From: Candidatus Poribacteria bacterium | GTDB taxonomy: Bacteria; Poribacteria; WGA-4E; WGA-3G | Length of the DNA: 64,000 nucleotides | Direction: 5' to 3' | NCBI GenBank assembly: GCA_963667365.1 | Contig: OY763324.1 | Location: forward strand, 3,921,829 to 3,985,828 | Shown: in pieces, positions 1-11,224 of the stretch | Layout: each line of letters opens with the position of its first letter | How positions within the stretch are numbered: position 1 is the stretch's first letter | Notes under the pieces: generated by a model | The model's input: only the letters and a program-made list of their open reading frames with translations | The model's database searches: none | What the model was told of the DNA's origin: nothing | Translations under genes and position numbers: made by a program

Positions 1-2
1 AT

Positions 3-863
3 TATAGTGAACCCTTTGGTGAAGCAGGTGAAGGACTATACTATACCTTTATTTCTGGTGCATTACCACTCGGCGATATTGGAACTGTCGGAGCAACACT
101 CCAATTACAGGGACAAGGAACAATTGCAGTTACCGGTGACTCTCCTGATATACTTCGCGAAGAGAGTCTTGGGACAAATATGGCTTTTACCTTAACCTAT
201 GCAGATTCAATAACAGATTACCTTACAGCTGGTATAAACGGTAAGATGATCCGTATGGTTCTGGGGAGAGAAAGTGGAACTTCGTATGCAGTTGATATGG
301 GTATACAATATCTATTACCATTCAAACCTATACCCACCAATCTCGGATTCGTAATACAGAATGTTGGACCGGGAATCTCTTTTATAGATGAAAACCAATC
401 AGACCCTTTACCGCGAATGCTCAGAGTTGGAACATCCATGAGTCTTTATCGTGATAGGTTCAACCATATCCGCTTCGTTAGCGGAATATCGGCTTATATT
501 GATAAGTTGACTGAAGATCCAACAGAATTAGATGCAGATTTGGAACGTCTTAATGCTGATAGATTAGAATCAGAATTACTTACAAAGGATCAGTTGTTAT
601 CTGATAGAGGCGTTGGATTGCGTGCGTTTGAGTGGCGGCATCTTCAAAAGAATCTTGGTTTGGAATACTGGATAGGTAATATACTGGCATTAAGGGTAGG
701 ATACAAATCGGAACCGGGTATAAACCTTCCGGATTTCGTTGATTATATCACATACGGACTTGGGGTCAAATATTATTTTATCAATATAGACTTGACACAC
801 GGACCGCGTTTCGGTCCCTTGCAGAAAAGACTAATTGAAGTGACTGGAATTGTCGTATTTTAA
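3..863 (+). CDS. PorV/PorQ-family outer-membrane beta-barrel protein, 5' end outside the window
   Basis: Frame 3 is open from base 3 (YSEPFGEAGEGLYYTF...) into the 180..863 ORF. Motifs A-V-D-M-G, NLGFVIQNVGP, DPLPRMLRVG and GLEYWIGNILALRVGY, with a C-terminal Phe. Confidence 0.7.
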   Translation, partial: YSEPFGEAGEGLYYTFISGALPLGDIGTVGATLQLQGQGTIAVTGDSPDILREESLGTNMAFTLTYADSITDYLTAGINGKMIRMVLGRESGTSYAVDMGIQYLLPFKPIPTNLGFVIQNVGPGISFIDENQSDPLPRMLRVGTSMSLYRDRFNHIRFVSGISAYIDKLTEDPTELDADLERLNADRLESELLTKDQLLSDRGVGLRAFEWRHLQKNLGLEYWIGNILALRVGYKSEPGINLPDFVDYITYGLGVKYYFINIDLTHGPRFGPLQKRLIEVTGIVVF

Positions 864-891
864 TATCTTAATAAATAGGAATACAATATAA

Positions 892-1677
892 GTGAAACTC
901 AACTTAAGTATTTTTACAATAATAGTTCTTAGTTTGACATCTTCAATATGCTTAGCAAAGTCACCTTTGTTGGCACAATTTTATTTAGATTCTAACCTCG
1001 GCATCCGCACTCTTACCAAACAAACTACTATTTCAATTGCAGCTGGGGAAAACCTTGCTAACCATAAGTCACCAAATGAAGCATTCCTATATTCACTTGC
1101 AGTTCCAGGGATGGGACAAATCTACACGGGGGCAAAGCATGGATATTTTTATACTGCTGCTGAAGTAGGTTTATTGGTTACATATTTTATTCTTCGAAAT
1201 GCCGCTGTAAATACACGTGATGATTACCGTGGTTTAGTCAGAGAAAACCTTATTTTTATCGGTCCTGGATCTTTTGATAATTGGGATCTTGTTGAGGATT
1301 ATGAACATGCCACTCAATATGAAAATTGGAATCACGTATATGATTCCGATGCAACACGGAACCGTACAGGTAAGTGGTATTGGAGAGATCTTGATCCATC
1401 TTTAAAGGACGAAAAGGATACCTCCATTGAGTTTGATTCAAAATATCGTTTGGAGGCATTTGACTTGCGACAACAGGCAAATGACACATTTCAAACAGCG
1501 CGCACTATTATCGGAGTCGTTATATTGAATCATATTGTTAGTGCTGTGGAAGCGCGTATTACAACGAAACGTAGGAATCTAAAACAGATGGAATCAAAAA
1601 GTATTCAGATGGAAGTCCAAACAGATGTTAGTTCTGGAGCACTTAAAGGTGTGCTGGTTCTAAGTAAAAAGTTTTAA
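892..1677 (+). CDS. exported/outer-membrane hypothetical protein (DUF5683-like)
   Basis: Signal peptide, KSPxxAFLYSLAVPGMGQIY motif, terminal beta-strand ending in F. Confidence 0.5.
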   Translation: MKLNLSIFTIIVLSLTSSICLAKSPLLAQFYLDSNLGIRTLTKQTTISIAAGENLANHKSPNEAFLYSLAVPGMGQIYTGAKHGYFYTAAEVGLLVTYFILRNAAVNTRDDYRGLVRENLIFIGPGSFDNWDLVEDYEHATQYENWNHVYDSDATRNRTGKWYWRDLDPSLKDEKDTSIEFDSKYRLEAFDLRQQANDTFQTARTIIGVVILNHIVSAVEARITTKRRNLKQMESKSIQMEVQTDVSSGALKGVLVLSKKF

Positions 1678-1689
1678 TAGGAGGAACCT

Positions 1690-2628
1690 ATGCCATTAAC
1701 GTTACCACATCTATTGGATGCTCTTAATTCTGTTACCACCATACCTATTATTCCTTTCAAAGGTAACAAAGTTGATTTTGCAGGTCATGCGAAAAACATA
1801 AACTATTTGATGAAAAACAATTACCTTGATGAAGGTCGCCAACGTGTCATTGCAATTGCAGGAACAAGTCTAATCCATCATATTGCAGAAACCAAACAGT
1901 TACGTCTCATTGATAAAACCGGACATCAGATGGGTACTGATGGTATCCTAATATCTGGAATTGTCCCGAATCCAATTAATCAAGCTGGTCAGTTGATTGA
2001 AGCACAGTCTGAACTTAATAGAGCACCCGATGCGTATCTATTGATGCCTTTAACTGGCATTAGTAGTCCTGAAGGAATCTATGAACAGTATATGGATTTC
2101 TCTGAACATTACGGTACTACTTGTAATGCCAGATTCATTTATTATTTTCGGCAAAAACGTGAATTGGATGCAGTCATACGTTTGTTGAACGATTCACCAC
2201 ATTTCATTGGGGTTAAAATCGGCACAGATGAAGAAGATGTAATCCCACTCGTTGAAGGTATTGGGGATTCTGGGATAGTGATGTGGGGTATTGGAGATAG
2301 GTGTACGCGTCCGGCACAACTTGGAACAAAGGGACATACATCTGGAATTGCAGTTGCATTTGCCCGCGCTTCTGACGAAATCAGCAACGCACAGAGACGT
2401 GGTGATTACGAAACTTCAGATCGAATAGAAAAAGAAATTGCCCCACTTGAAGAGATACGGTTTTGGAACGGTAGAGTATACAATTATTCTGCAGTAGTTG
2501 AAGCGATGATATTGAGTGAGTTTGAGGATATTGAGGCTGGTACTGGAGGTCCATTCAATCCTCGTGTACCGAGAGATATTAGACAGAAACTCCGTAGTAT
2601 TACTGATAACCTTAAAAAGTACCATTAA
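1690..2628 (+). CDS. dihydrodipicolinate synthase-like class I aldolase/lyase
   Basis: N-terminal IIPFKGNKVDF, Schiff-base Lys region FIGVKIG, GGAGG RBS upstream. Confidence 0.7.
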   Translation: MPLTLPHLLDALNSVTTIPIIPFKGNKVDFAGHAKNINYLMKNNYLDEGRQRVIAIAGTSLIHHIAETKQLRLIDKTGHQMGTDGILISGIVPNPINQAGQLIEAQSELNRAPDAYLLMPLTGISSPEGIYEQYMDFSEHYGTTCNARFIYYFRQKRELDAVIRLLNDSPHFIGVKIGTDEEDVIPLVEGIGDSGIVMWGIGDRCTRPAQLGTKGHTSGIAVAFARASDEISNAQRRGDYETSDRIEKEIAPLEEIRFWNGRVYNYSAVVEAMILSEFEDIEAGTGGPFNPRVPRDIRQKLRSITDNLKKYH

Positions 2629-2651
2629 TATCTATCCTGATGATTACTATT

Positions 2652-2822
2652 GTTCTGTCCACTCTAAAATTGTGAATCGGCAAAGAATTCGGGAATCCAA
2701 ATCAACAGTATGAATGCCATTTAGGTATTCCCCGGAGTATCCTCCTACAAAGACAAATCCGTATTCAGTAGGAATGATCTCCAAATCACGATATTTATCT
2801 GCAAAATAGGAGTGGACACAGC
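2652..2822. mobile_element. MITE-like element carrying REP-like sequences
   Basis: Imperfect terminal inverted repeats GTTCTGTCCACTC (from 2652) and GAGTGGACACAGC (to 2822), flanked by direct repeat ACTATT (2646-2651, 2823-2828). Internal 2712-2753 matches 11091-11131. Confidence 0.6.
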
Positions 2823-2906
2823 ACTATTGTGTTACCATATAACTAATATCACCAGTCAAATAATTACAACTATTCACAGTTGGCAACTAATACGGTAATA
2901 TCGACT

Positions 2907-4622
2907 ATGTCCTTTGACAGTTTAACCCTGCACCATGTTAAGCATGAGTTGTGTGATGCACTTATTGGTGGCACAATTCGGCACATAGAACAAGCTAATC
3001 CGAGTACTTTTAACATCAAGATTGTTGATGGTAGACACATTAACTGGCTTACATTATCTGCACATTCGGTGCATGCACGTGCCCATCTCATTCAAAAACC
3101 TCCTCAAGGGCAAAAACAATCCTACTTTGCCGATTTTCTTTCCACACACTTGAAACACGGTCAAATCATTGACATAAACCAACTCGGTTGGGACCGAATA
3201 CTAAAAATTACAATCCAACCAGTATCTGATGAGCCGATTCAACCACCACGGAAAGCAATTATTGCGGAGTTTATGGGAAAACACAGCAATATTATCCTAC
3301 TTGATGATACTGACGATAGGATTTTGGAATGTCTGAAGCATATTGACGAATCTATGAGTCGGTATCGGGAGGTGTTGCCAGGAGAGACCTACTGTTTGCC
3401 ACCACAGCAGGATAAGATTGATCTATTGAAGATGGATAAAACCACTTTTACTGAATTATTTTCTTCCTCTGAAGTGACTTGGAAATCTCTATTTAATAAA
3501 ATTGATGGTCTGAGTCCGACACTTGCAAAAGAAATAATAGCACGTGCCAAAAATACTGAACTATGGGATGCATTTCAACAAGTAATTGTTTTTTTTGATC
3601 CAAAACATGCTGCACCGCAACTGTTGATGAACGAAGAAGATCCAATAACTGCATCTCCATTACAACTACAACAATATCCTGATTCCTCTTCACAAATATT
3701 TGATACGATGAGTGTAGCTCTAACTACCTATTACGACACAATTACATTAAAAGAGAGTATTGCGACAGAAAAACAGAAGCTGAACCAGGCATTGGAAAAA
3801 CAGAAAAGATTGCTTCAGCGAAAAGAGAAAGGACTTAGCAAAGATTTAGAAAAAGCGGAAAAGTCGGAAGACTACCGGATACAAGGTGAGCTAATCCTTG
3901 CAAACCTTCACAAAATAACACGCGGACAAAAGATAATTGAACTTCAGAACTATTATAGTCCAGAACTTGATAAATTGACTATCACACTTAATCCGGAACT
4001 GACCCCTTCAGACAATGCACAATCATATTTCAAGAAGTATACCAAAGCAAAACGCGGATTTTCACAAATACAACAACATATTGCTGAACTTGAGGCAGAA
4101 CAAGAAGTCTTAAGTAGTTATGAAACCAAGTTAGAATCATCTGATACACTTGAATCCTTAAAAAAACTTCGTACAGAATTTATAGAGAACGAATATCTGA
4201 AACCGCATATACAACACAGAAACAAGAATAAACAGGTTATAAGTGAAGGTCCCTATCGTAAGTATATTTCAAAAAATGGCTTTCATATCTATGTAGGACG
4301 AAATAGTGAATCTAACGATCTGCTTTTACGTCAGATTGCGAAACCCCGCGATATGTGGCTCCATGCCAAACAAATTCATGGGTCGCATGTTATCATCCGT
4401 AATCCAGAAAATCGTCCTGACATCCCTATGCCTACTCTGCTCCAAGCTGCTCAACTTGCTGCATTTTTCAGTAAAGCACACCATTCAAGTTATGTGCCTG
4501 TAGACTATACCTGGGCACGATATGTTGTAAAACGTAAAGGTAACGTCGCAGGATATGTACATTACACACAGGAAAAGACGTTGTATGTTGAACCAGCAGT
4601 GCCTTCTACGAAAAACAATTGA
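2907..4622 (+). CDS. rqcH: RqcH/FbpA (NFACT family) ribosome quality-control protein
   Basis: MSFDSL start, DRIL, EFMGKHSNIIL, NAQSYFKKYTKAK, VGRNSESND, WLHAKQIHGSHV and VPVDYT. ATG at 2907 preferred over TTG at 2880. Confidence 0.9.
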   Translation: MSFDSLTLHHVKHELCDALIGGTIRHIEQANPSTFNIKIVDGRHINWLTLSAHSVHARAHLIQKPPQGQKQSYFADFLSTHLKHGQIIDINQLGWDRILKITIQPVSDEPIQPPRKAIIAEFMGKHSNIILLDDTDDRILECLKHIDESMSRYREVLPGETYCLPPQQDKIDLLKMDKTTFTELFSSSEVTWKSLFNKIDGLSPTLAKEIIARAKNTELWDAFQQVIVFFDPKHAAPQLLMNEEDPITASPLQLQQYPDSSSQIFDTMSVALTTYYDTITLKESIATEKQKLNQALEKQKRLLQRKEKGLSKDLEKAEKSEDYRIQGELILANLHKITRGQKIIELQNYYSPELDKLTITLNPELTPSDNAQSYFKKYTKAKRGFSQIQQHIAELEAEQEVLSSYETKLESSDTLESLKKLRTEFIENEYLKPHIQHRNKNKQVISEGPYRKYISKNGFHIYVGRNSESNDLLLRQIAKPRDMWLHAKQIHGSHVIIRNPENRPDIPMPTLLQAAQLAAFFSKAHHSSYVPVDYTWARYVVKRKGNVAGYVHYTQEKTLYVEPAVPSTKNN

Positions 4623-4726
4623 TATATCATACAAAGATATGATACACCTACCATTAACTTCCTCATAATAACACTTATTCAAGCACTATCCGATTTTCTA
4701 ATTCCCATCTATTGCACATAAAATTA

Positions 4727-4755
4727 TTGACACGATTTTTTAATACGGTTATACT
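4727..4755 (+). promoter_or_regulatory. sigma70-type promoter
   Basis: TTGACA-17nt-TATACT upstream of the ATG at 4789. Confidence 0.6.
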
Positions 4756-4788
4756 GCACTGCAAATTCATAATTTGGAGAGTAGTACC

Positions 4789-5517
4789 ATGAAAATTGTT
4801 AAGTTGTCAATATTACTAACAGTATTAGTCGCGATTTTCCTTTGTCCAGTTTGGCAAACAGTAGGATTAGAGGAATTTGTACCTATTGACCTTGAACCGT
4901 ACTCAAATACTAAACTTGTGGGACATGAATGGTGGACACTTAATGCTGGTGACAATACGTATTCGCTGTTACCCATAGGGGAAGTTGGGGAATTTGAGGG
5001 ACCAGACAAAAAGGTAAAATTCCAAATATTTGATGGAGCAGTCGTCCTCTTCGGTACAAACGCACAGAGATGGCCAAAGGCTGTTAATGATATAGCGGTG
5101 GAGGGAGTAGGTAAATCCATTTATTTTTTCCATGCTACAGGTTGGTCTGCTGCCAATGTACCAAGTTATAAGTTCGTGATGAACTATCGTGGTGGTAAGA
5201 CAGAAGAGCTTGAGATGATAACTAACTTTAATTCTCATGATTGGTGTCATATTGAGAAAAATTTCGAGGATAAAAATTCTGTGTGGGGGTGGACAGCTAA
5301 TGAAAAACCCGCATGTAACAGGGCAGGATTAATTACAACAAAATGGGATAATCCACATCCAACGACTGAGATTGTTTCAATAGATGCTATTTCATTAGAA
5401 TTAGGTGCTGTTCCTATTATTGTAGCGATATCTTTGGGAGATGGTTCGCTTGATGTGCATCCTGTACAAAAGATAACCCTCACATGGGGAAGTCTAAAGG
5501 ATTCCATTGGACGATAA
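4789..5517 (+). CDS. secreted hypothetical protein with C-terminal VxPxxKxxxTWGxLK motif
   Basis: Signal peptide MKIVKLSILLTVLVAIFLC. Beta-sandwich-like core (FVPIDLEPYSN, IYFFHATGW, WDNPHP). Ends LDVHPVQKITLTWGSLKDSIGR. Confidence 0.7.
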   Translation: MKIVKLSILLTVLVAIFLCPVWQTVGLEEFVPIDLEPYSNTKLVGHEWWTLNAGDNTYSLLPIGEVGEFEGPDKKVKFQIFDGAVVLFGTNAQRWPKAVNDIAVEGVGKSIYFFHATGWSAANVPSYKFVMNYRGGKTEELEMITNFNSHDWCHIEKNFEDKNSVWGWTANEKPACNRAGLITTKWDNPHPTTEIVSIDAISLELGAVPIIVAISLGDGSLDVHPVQKITLTWGSLKDSIGR

Positions 5518-5547
5518 GAAATTTCAATTTGATTTGTATATTCCTTC

Positions 5548-5586
5548 AGGTATGACAGTACCTCTATTACCTAAATTGTCATACTT
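5548..5586 (+). terminator. inverted repeat, possible terminator
   Basis: AGGTATGACAG...TTGTCATACTT downstream of the stop at 5517; no clear U tract. Confidence 0.35.
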
Positions 5587-5679
5587 ACAGAAAACTAATT
5601 CATCATTTTTCGTGTGAAATGAATGATTATTATACACGCTGCCTAATGGCATGGACATGAAGTTAGAATGCTAAAAAAG

Positions 5680-5708
5680 TTGACTTTACGTAATCTGCAT
5701 GCTATAAT
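5680..5708 (+). promoter_or_regulatory. sigma70-type promoter of groEL
   Basis: TTGACT-17nt-TATAAT with an extended TG. Confidence 0.65.
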
Positions 5709-5747
5709 TTAATATCACATAAATAATTAAGATTATAGTTTTTTTAA

Positions 5748-7403
<1,656 letters not shown>

Positions 7404-7476
7404 TTCAAGTGTAATATAATTGAGTTATATTTATTAATAATTAGAAATTGAAGAAATAATCTACACTCAGTTTTGC

Positions 7477-7514
7477 AAGCGCGTTCTATTTTGGACGCGC
7501 TTTATTATTTTTTT
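7477..7514 (+). terminator. intrinsic terminator after groEL
   Basis: Stem AAGCGCGTTC/GGACGCGCTT followed by a T-rich tract. Confidence 0.75.
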
Positions 7515-7530
7515 ACTAATTTTACAATTC

Positions 7531-8004
7531 TTACACACGGTAACGCGCAACCATTCCACTATCCCAATCACAATCCAGACAAAACATTTCGGTTGGTCCT
7601 AAATACTGAATTTTGTTACTTCCACATGTAGGACATTCAGATACCTTTTGTGTTGATTCCTCACACTCGGATTGCTGAAATATATTCAAATGGTATACTT
7701 TCATGATACCGGAATAACGATGTCCAAGTGGACACCGTATCTGATTTGTATCTTCATTCTCAAATCGTTCAATTAGTTCTCGGAGGAACTTCAGTGGATG
7801 GTGACAGATTGGACATGGATTCGGTACTAATTCTTTTACAACGATGATATCAGTATTTTCTGACCGAACCGATACAGGTAATGAAAGTTGATGCTCAAGT
7901 CTTAAGGTTTCATTGTTTTCTGTACCTTCTGTTTCAGATTCAAGACGTTCTGCAACAACTGTTGCGTAACTATCAGGACTCAATATAACTGCCGTCGGCA
8001 CCAT
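7531..8004 (-). CDS. hypothetical Zn-ribbon protein
   Basis: CPIC..CPLGH, plus C-terminal CPTC..FCLDCDWD similar to the tail of 38872..39681. Confidence 0.7.
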   Translation of the reverse strand: MVPTAVILSPDSYATVVAERLESETEGTENNETLRLEHQLSLPVSVRSENTDIIVVKELVPNPCPICHHPLKFLRELIERFENEDTNQIRCPLGHRYSGIMKVYHLNIFQQSECEESTQKVSECPTCGSNKIQYLGPTEMFCLDCDWDSGMVARYRV

Positions 8005-8170
8005 AGTCCCACCTTTTAAACTTGAGATGAGTCTGTATATACGTTCTAAAATGGTTCGGCACCTCCAAATATCGTAACTGATACAAAATAAACAACAGTT
8101 TTATTAAGTCAATCTTTACGACATACACCTATAAGTTATTAAAGAATATACATTTACTGAATTATTTTCA

Positions 8171-8533
8171 TTATACAACGGGATCAGTAGATAGTAACTG
8201 GTCACGAGTCCGTGCTAATGATGAGGAACCACGTTGAGTCCGGTATGCATCTTCTGTCTGGCTCCTGACAATGAATAAGTCGTTACCATCACGAATAATA
8301 CTATCACCTTCAATCAATGTAGTCTCGTATTTTCTCATACTCGTAATGAAATTGACGGTAACACGTCCTGTATCAAGCAAGTGGATAGTCCAGCCATTTT
8401 CAGAGTTGACACGATTAAATCGTTGTTGTATTTCAAGGGATTGCATCTGTTCGACATTGAGAACAACACCACTTTCGGCGGGATTCTGATCATTACTTTC
8501 GGTCAATTCGACCATCGTATTTTCGTCTGCCAT
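8171..8533 (-). CDS. hypothetical protein
   Basis: 120-aa ORF with AAGGAG RBS and an upstream TTGACA-18nt-TAAAAT on the minus strand. Confidence 0.65.
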   Translation of the reverse strand: MADENTMVELTESNDQNPAESGVVLNVEQMQSLEIQQRFNRVNSENGWTIHLLDTGRVTVNFITSMRKYETTLIEGDSIIRDGNDLFIVRSQTEDAYRTQRGSSSLARTRDQLLSTDPVV

Positions 8534-8669
8534 TATTGTCTCCTTTTAAAAAATAGACATTATGTAATTTTATCTAAATATACAGATGTTTGTCAACCCA
8601 TTTTATTTTTTCTTTGTTTCCTGACCAAACAACATACATTGTAATTAACTTGCATGTTTTAAATACTTA

Positions 8670-8699
8670 TTGACAGTGACTACGATAACAAGGTATAAT
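8670..8699 (+). promoter_or_regulatory. sigma70-type promoter
   Basis: TTGACA-18nt-TATAAT upstream of 8732. Confidence 0.5.
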
Positions 8700-8731
8700 T
8701 TTATAGAATTTAAATAGAAAGCATACAAAGC

Positions 8732-11041
8732 ATGCAGTTCACATACTATTGGCCGGTATGGGCGGTTATACTCGGTATCTTTATTACAATTTGTATCACT
8801 ATATATGGGTATCTTAATATAGGTCAACCGTTAAGTAAGTTCTATCGTTATGCACTCATTACCTTACGATTTATTGCAGTTGTAATTTTGTTTTGTTGTC
8901 TTTTAGCACCTGTGATTATAGAACAGAAAGACGTTACCCCTCCAACACATCTTTCAATATTAGTTGATACCTCCGGTAGTATGCAATTGGAGGATAATTA
9001 TCTTGGCAAAACCGATTTATCACGACTGAATCAAGTTAATCAACTTTTGTTTAACGAATCAAGCCAATTTCTGCCGAGTATGGAAAGTAAGTATAAAGTT
9101 CATCTGTACAGATTTGATTCAGAACTTCAGGAAAAACCGAGTGGTGTAGAAAATTTTGAATCTGATGGAACTCTTACAAATATTGAATCCGCTATCCAGG
9201 ACACGGTACAAGCGTGGCGAGGACAACCCAACGCTGGAATTGTTATAATAACTGACGGTGCACATAATGCTTCAAGATTCGTGGGAGAAGACATTGCCGC
9301 ATTGAATACACCTATTTATGCTGTAGGTGTCGGATCACCACAACCACCCAAAGATATTCAGATCCAGAAAGTTGATGTGTTGCCAATTGCTTACACTGGA
9401 CATGAAACTGTTATCCGTATAACAGTCGTAGAAACAGGGTACACAAATGAGTCAATCCGATTGTCACTTCGTGATATGGGAGCGAATCGTCTCGTTGATG
9501 CTGCGATGGTAACTTTTACTCAAGGAAATGTGGATGACACTGTTAGGATGGATGAGCAACATATTTTGAAAAGTACTCAACAGGTCGTTGAGTTAAAAAT
9601 GACACCTAAAACCGAAGGGAATTTCCAATTTATTGTGAAACTACCTACATTAGATGGTGAATTGACAGATTCAAACAATGAAAAAACTTTCTCAATTAAG
9701 GTGGTAAAAGCGAGACTCAATGTATTTTATTTAGAAGGTAGACCCAGGTGGGAATATGCATTTCTCAAACGTACATTAGAACGTGACCCAGATATTGAAC
9801 CAACATTTGCGATTCTGTCAAAAAATGCAAATCAAGAATCAGTACTCACACGTAACAGTGGGTATTATCCAGAAAACAACACAAATCAGGTGTCTCAGTT
9901 CCCGGAAACGCGCGAAGAAATCTTCAATTATGATGTTTTGATATTTGGTGATATATCAGCAGATCATCTTACAATAGCACAGCAGAAAGCAATTGTTGAC
10001 TTTGTAGAACAGCAAGGGAAAGCAGTTATATTTTTACCATCACATATTGCTTTAGGCACAAATGGATTTAGAAGTACACAACTTGCAGAGATACTTCCTA
10101 TTCAAATACCTACAAATGGTTGTATGCAGCAAAAAGGAGAATACTCACTAAACCTTACACAAACTGGTAAGTTTCATCCAATTATGCAGCTCTCTGACAA
10201 ATTAGACCGTAATTCTGAATTATGGCAAAATCTACCTGCTCTTTCACATTCATATCAAGGATTCCAACTTAGAGCAGGAGCAACTACTCTGATAACAAAG
10301 CAGAATGGTGACCCTATTCTGATTTTTCAAAGAGTTGGTCTTGGGAAAAGTCTTCTATTTGCAGCAGAAGGAATTTGGAATTGGGATTTTGGTGTAAACT
10401 CATATAAAGGTTCAACATATCAAACTGTTTATCCTCGTTTTTGGGCACAAACACTTAGATGGATGTCACAGCAGCCAGATGAAAATCAGATCTATATTAC
10501 AACCGAAGCACCGACTTATGCCCAAGGTGAGAATGTCAATATAAACATAAGGACATACTCACATACAATGCAACCTCAAGATGGGGCAGAAATACAGTTG
10601 TCTGTTACTGCACCAAACGGTTCGACATTTCCGCTTAAAACTCATACTGACACAGTGGATACACAGAACCGTAATGCAGGTACATATTCAGCAAAATTTA
10701 AAGTAATGGAAAAAGGAACCTATAAAATACATGCTATTGGTAAAGCAGGGAGTATTCCATTGGGTGAAGATGAAATTGATATATTCGTCCATCCACAACT
10801 CGTTGAATTAGAAGCACCACAACTTAACGAAACATTACTCAAGGAACTCGCTGATAAAACAGGAGGGGAGTTCCTTACTATAGATGATGCACAAAATCTA
10901 CATGAGAAGATTAACACCGTAACTGATCCAATCTTTGTTGACACTGAACGTGATTTATGGGCACACCCACTCATACTAATTACAGTTGTTGGTTTGTTGG
11001 GAACTGAATGGTTTATACGAAAACGTATCGGATTGATATAG
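8732..11041 (+). CDS. membrane protein with vWA and glutamine-amidotransferase-like domains
   Basis: Two N-terminal TM helices, MIDAS motifs DTSGSM and ITDG, EGRPRWEYAFLKR, C-terminal TM ending EWFIRKRIGLI. Confidence 0.8.
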   Translation: MQFTYYWPVWAVILGIFITICITIYGYLNIGQPLSKFYRYALITLRFIAVVILFCCLLAPVIIEQKDVTPPTHLSILVDTSGSMQLEDNYLGKTDLSRLNQVNQLLFNESSQFLPSMESKYKVHLYRFDSELQEKPSGVENFESDGTLTNIESAIQDTVQAWRGQPNAGIVIITDGAHNASRFVGEDIAALNTPIYAVGVGSPQPPKDIQIQKVDVLPIAYTGHETVIRITVVETGYTNESIRLSLRDMGANRLVDAAMVTFTQGNVDDTVRMDEQHILKSTQQVVELKMTPKTEGNFQFIVKLPTLDGELTDSNNEKTFSIKVVKARLNVFYLEGRPRWEYAFLKRTLERDPDIEPTFAILSKNANQESVLTRNSGYYPENNTNQVSQFPETREEIFNYDVLIFGDISADHLTIAQQKAIVDFVEQQGKAVIFLPSHIALGTNGFRSTQLAEILPIQIPTNGCMQQKGEYSLNLTQTGKFHPIMQLSDKLDRNSELWQNLPALSHSYQGFQLRAGATTLITKQNGDPILIFQRVGLGKSLLFAAEGIWNWDFGVNSYKGSTYQTVYPRFWAQTLRWMSQQPDENQIYITTEAPTYAQGENVNINIRTYSHTMQPQDGAEIQLSVTAPNGSTFPLKTHTDTVDTQNRNAGTYSAKFKVMEKGTYKIHAIGKAGSIPLGEDEIDIFVHPQLVELEAPQLNETLLKELADKTGGEFLTIDDAQNLHEKINTVTDPIFVDTERDLWAHPLILITVVGLLGTEWFIRKRIGLI

Positions 11042-11046
11042 CGATA

Positions 11047-11162
11047 TATAGTGAAATATAATATATGTTTACACATCTTCTGTAGGCGGGGAATGCCAAT
11101 AGGCATTCCCCGGAGTTTCCTCCTACAAAGAAACTGTCAAGATAATTGTAAAATCCACTATA
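11047..11162. mobile_element. MITE-like element with TATAGTG termini and internal REP-like palindrome
   Basis: Ends TATAGTGAAAT... and ...AAATCCACTATA. Internal TGTAGG..CCTACA (11081-11127) encloses a perfect hairpin GGGGAATGCC-AATA-GGCATTCCCC. Confidence 0.6.
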
Positions 11163-11224
11163 AAACAATTTTATTTTTCTTCAGTATATCATGTTTGATT
11201 ACTTAAATCTCAGAATATTAAATT

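Noticed and set aside
7-195. 62-aa ORF or a frameshift at the window start
   Set aside because: Frame 3 is open from base 3 into the PorV-like gene, so this is a shadow ORF
5660-5680. TTAGAATGCTAA upstream of groEL as a CIRCE element
   Set aside because: Does not match TTAGCACTC-N9-GAGTGCTAA in length or spacing
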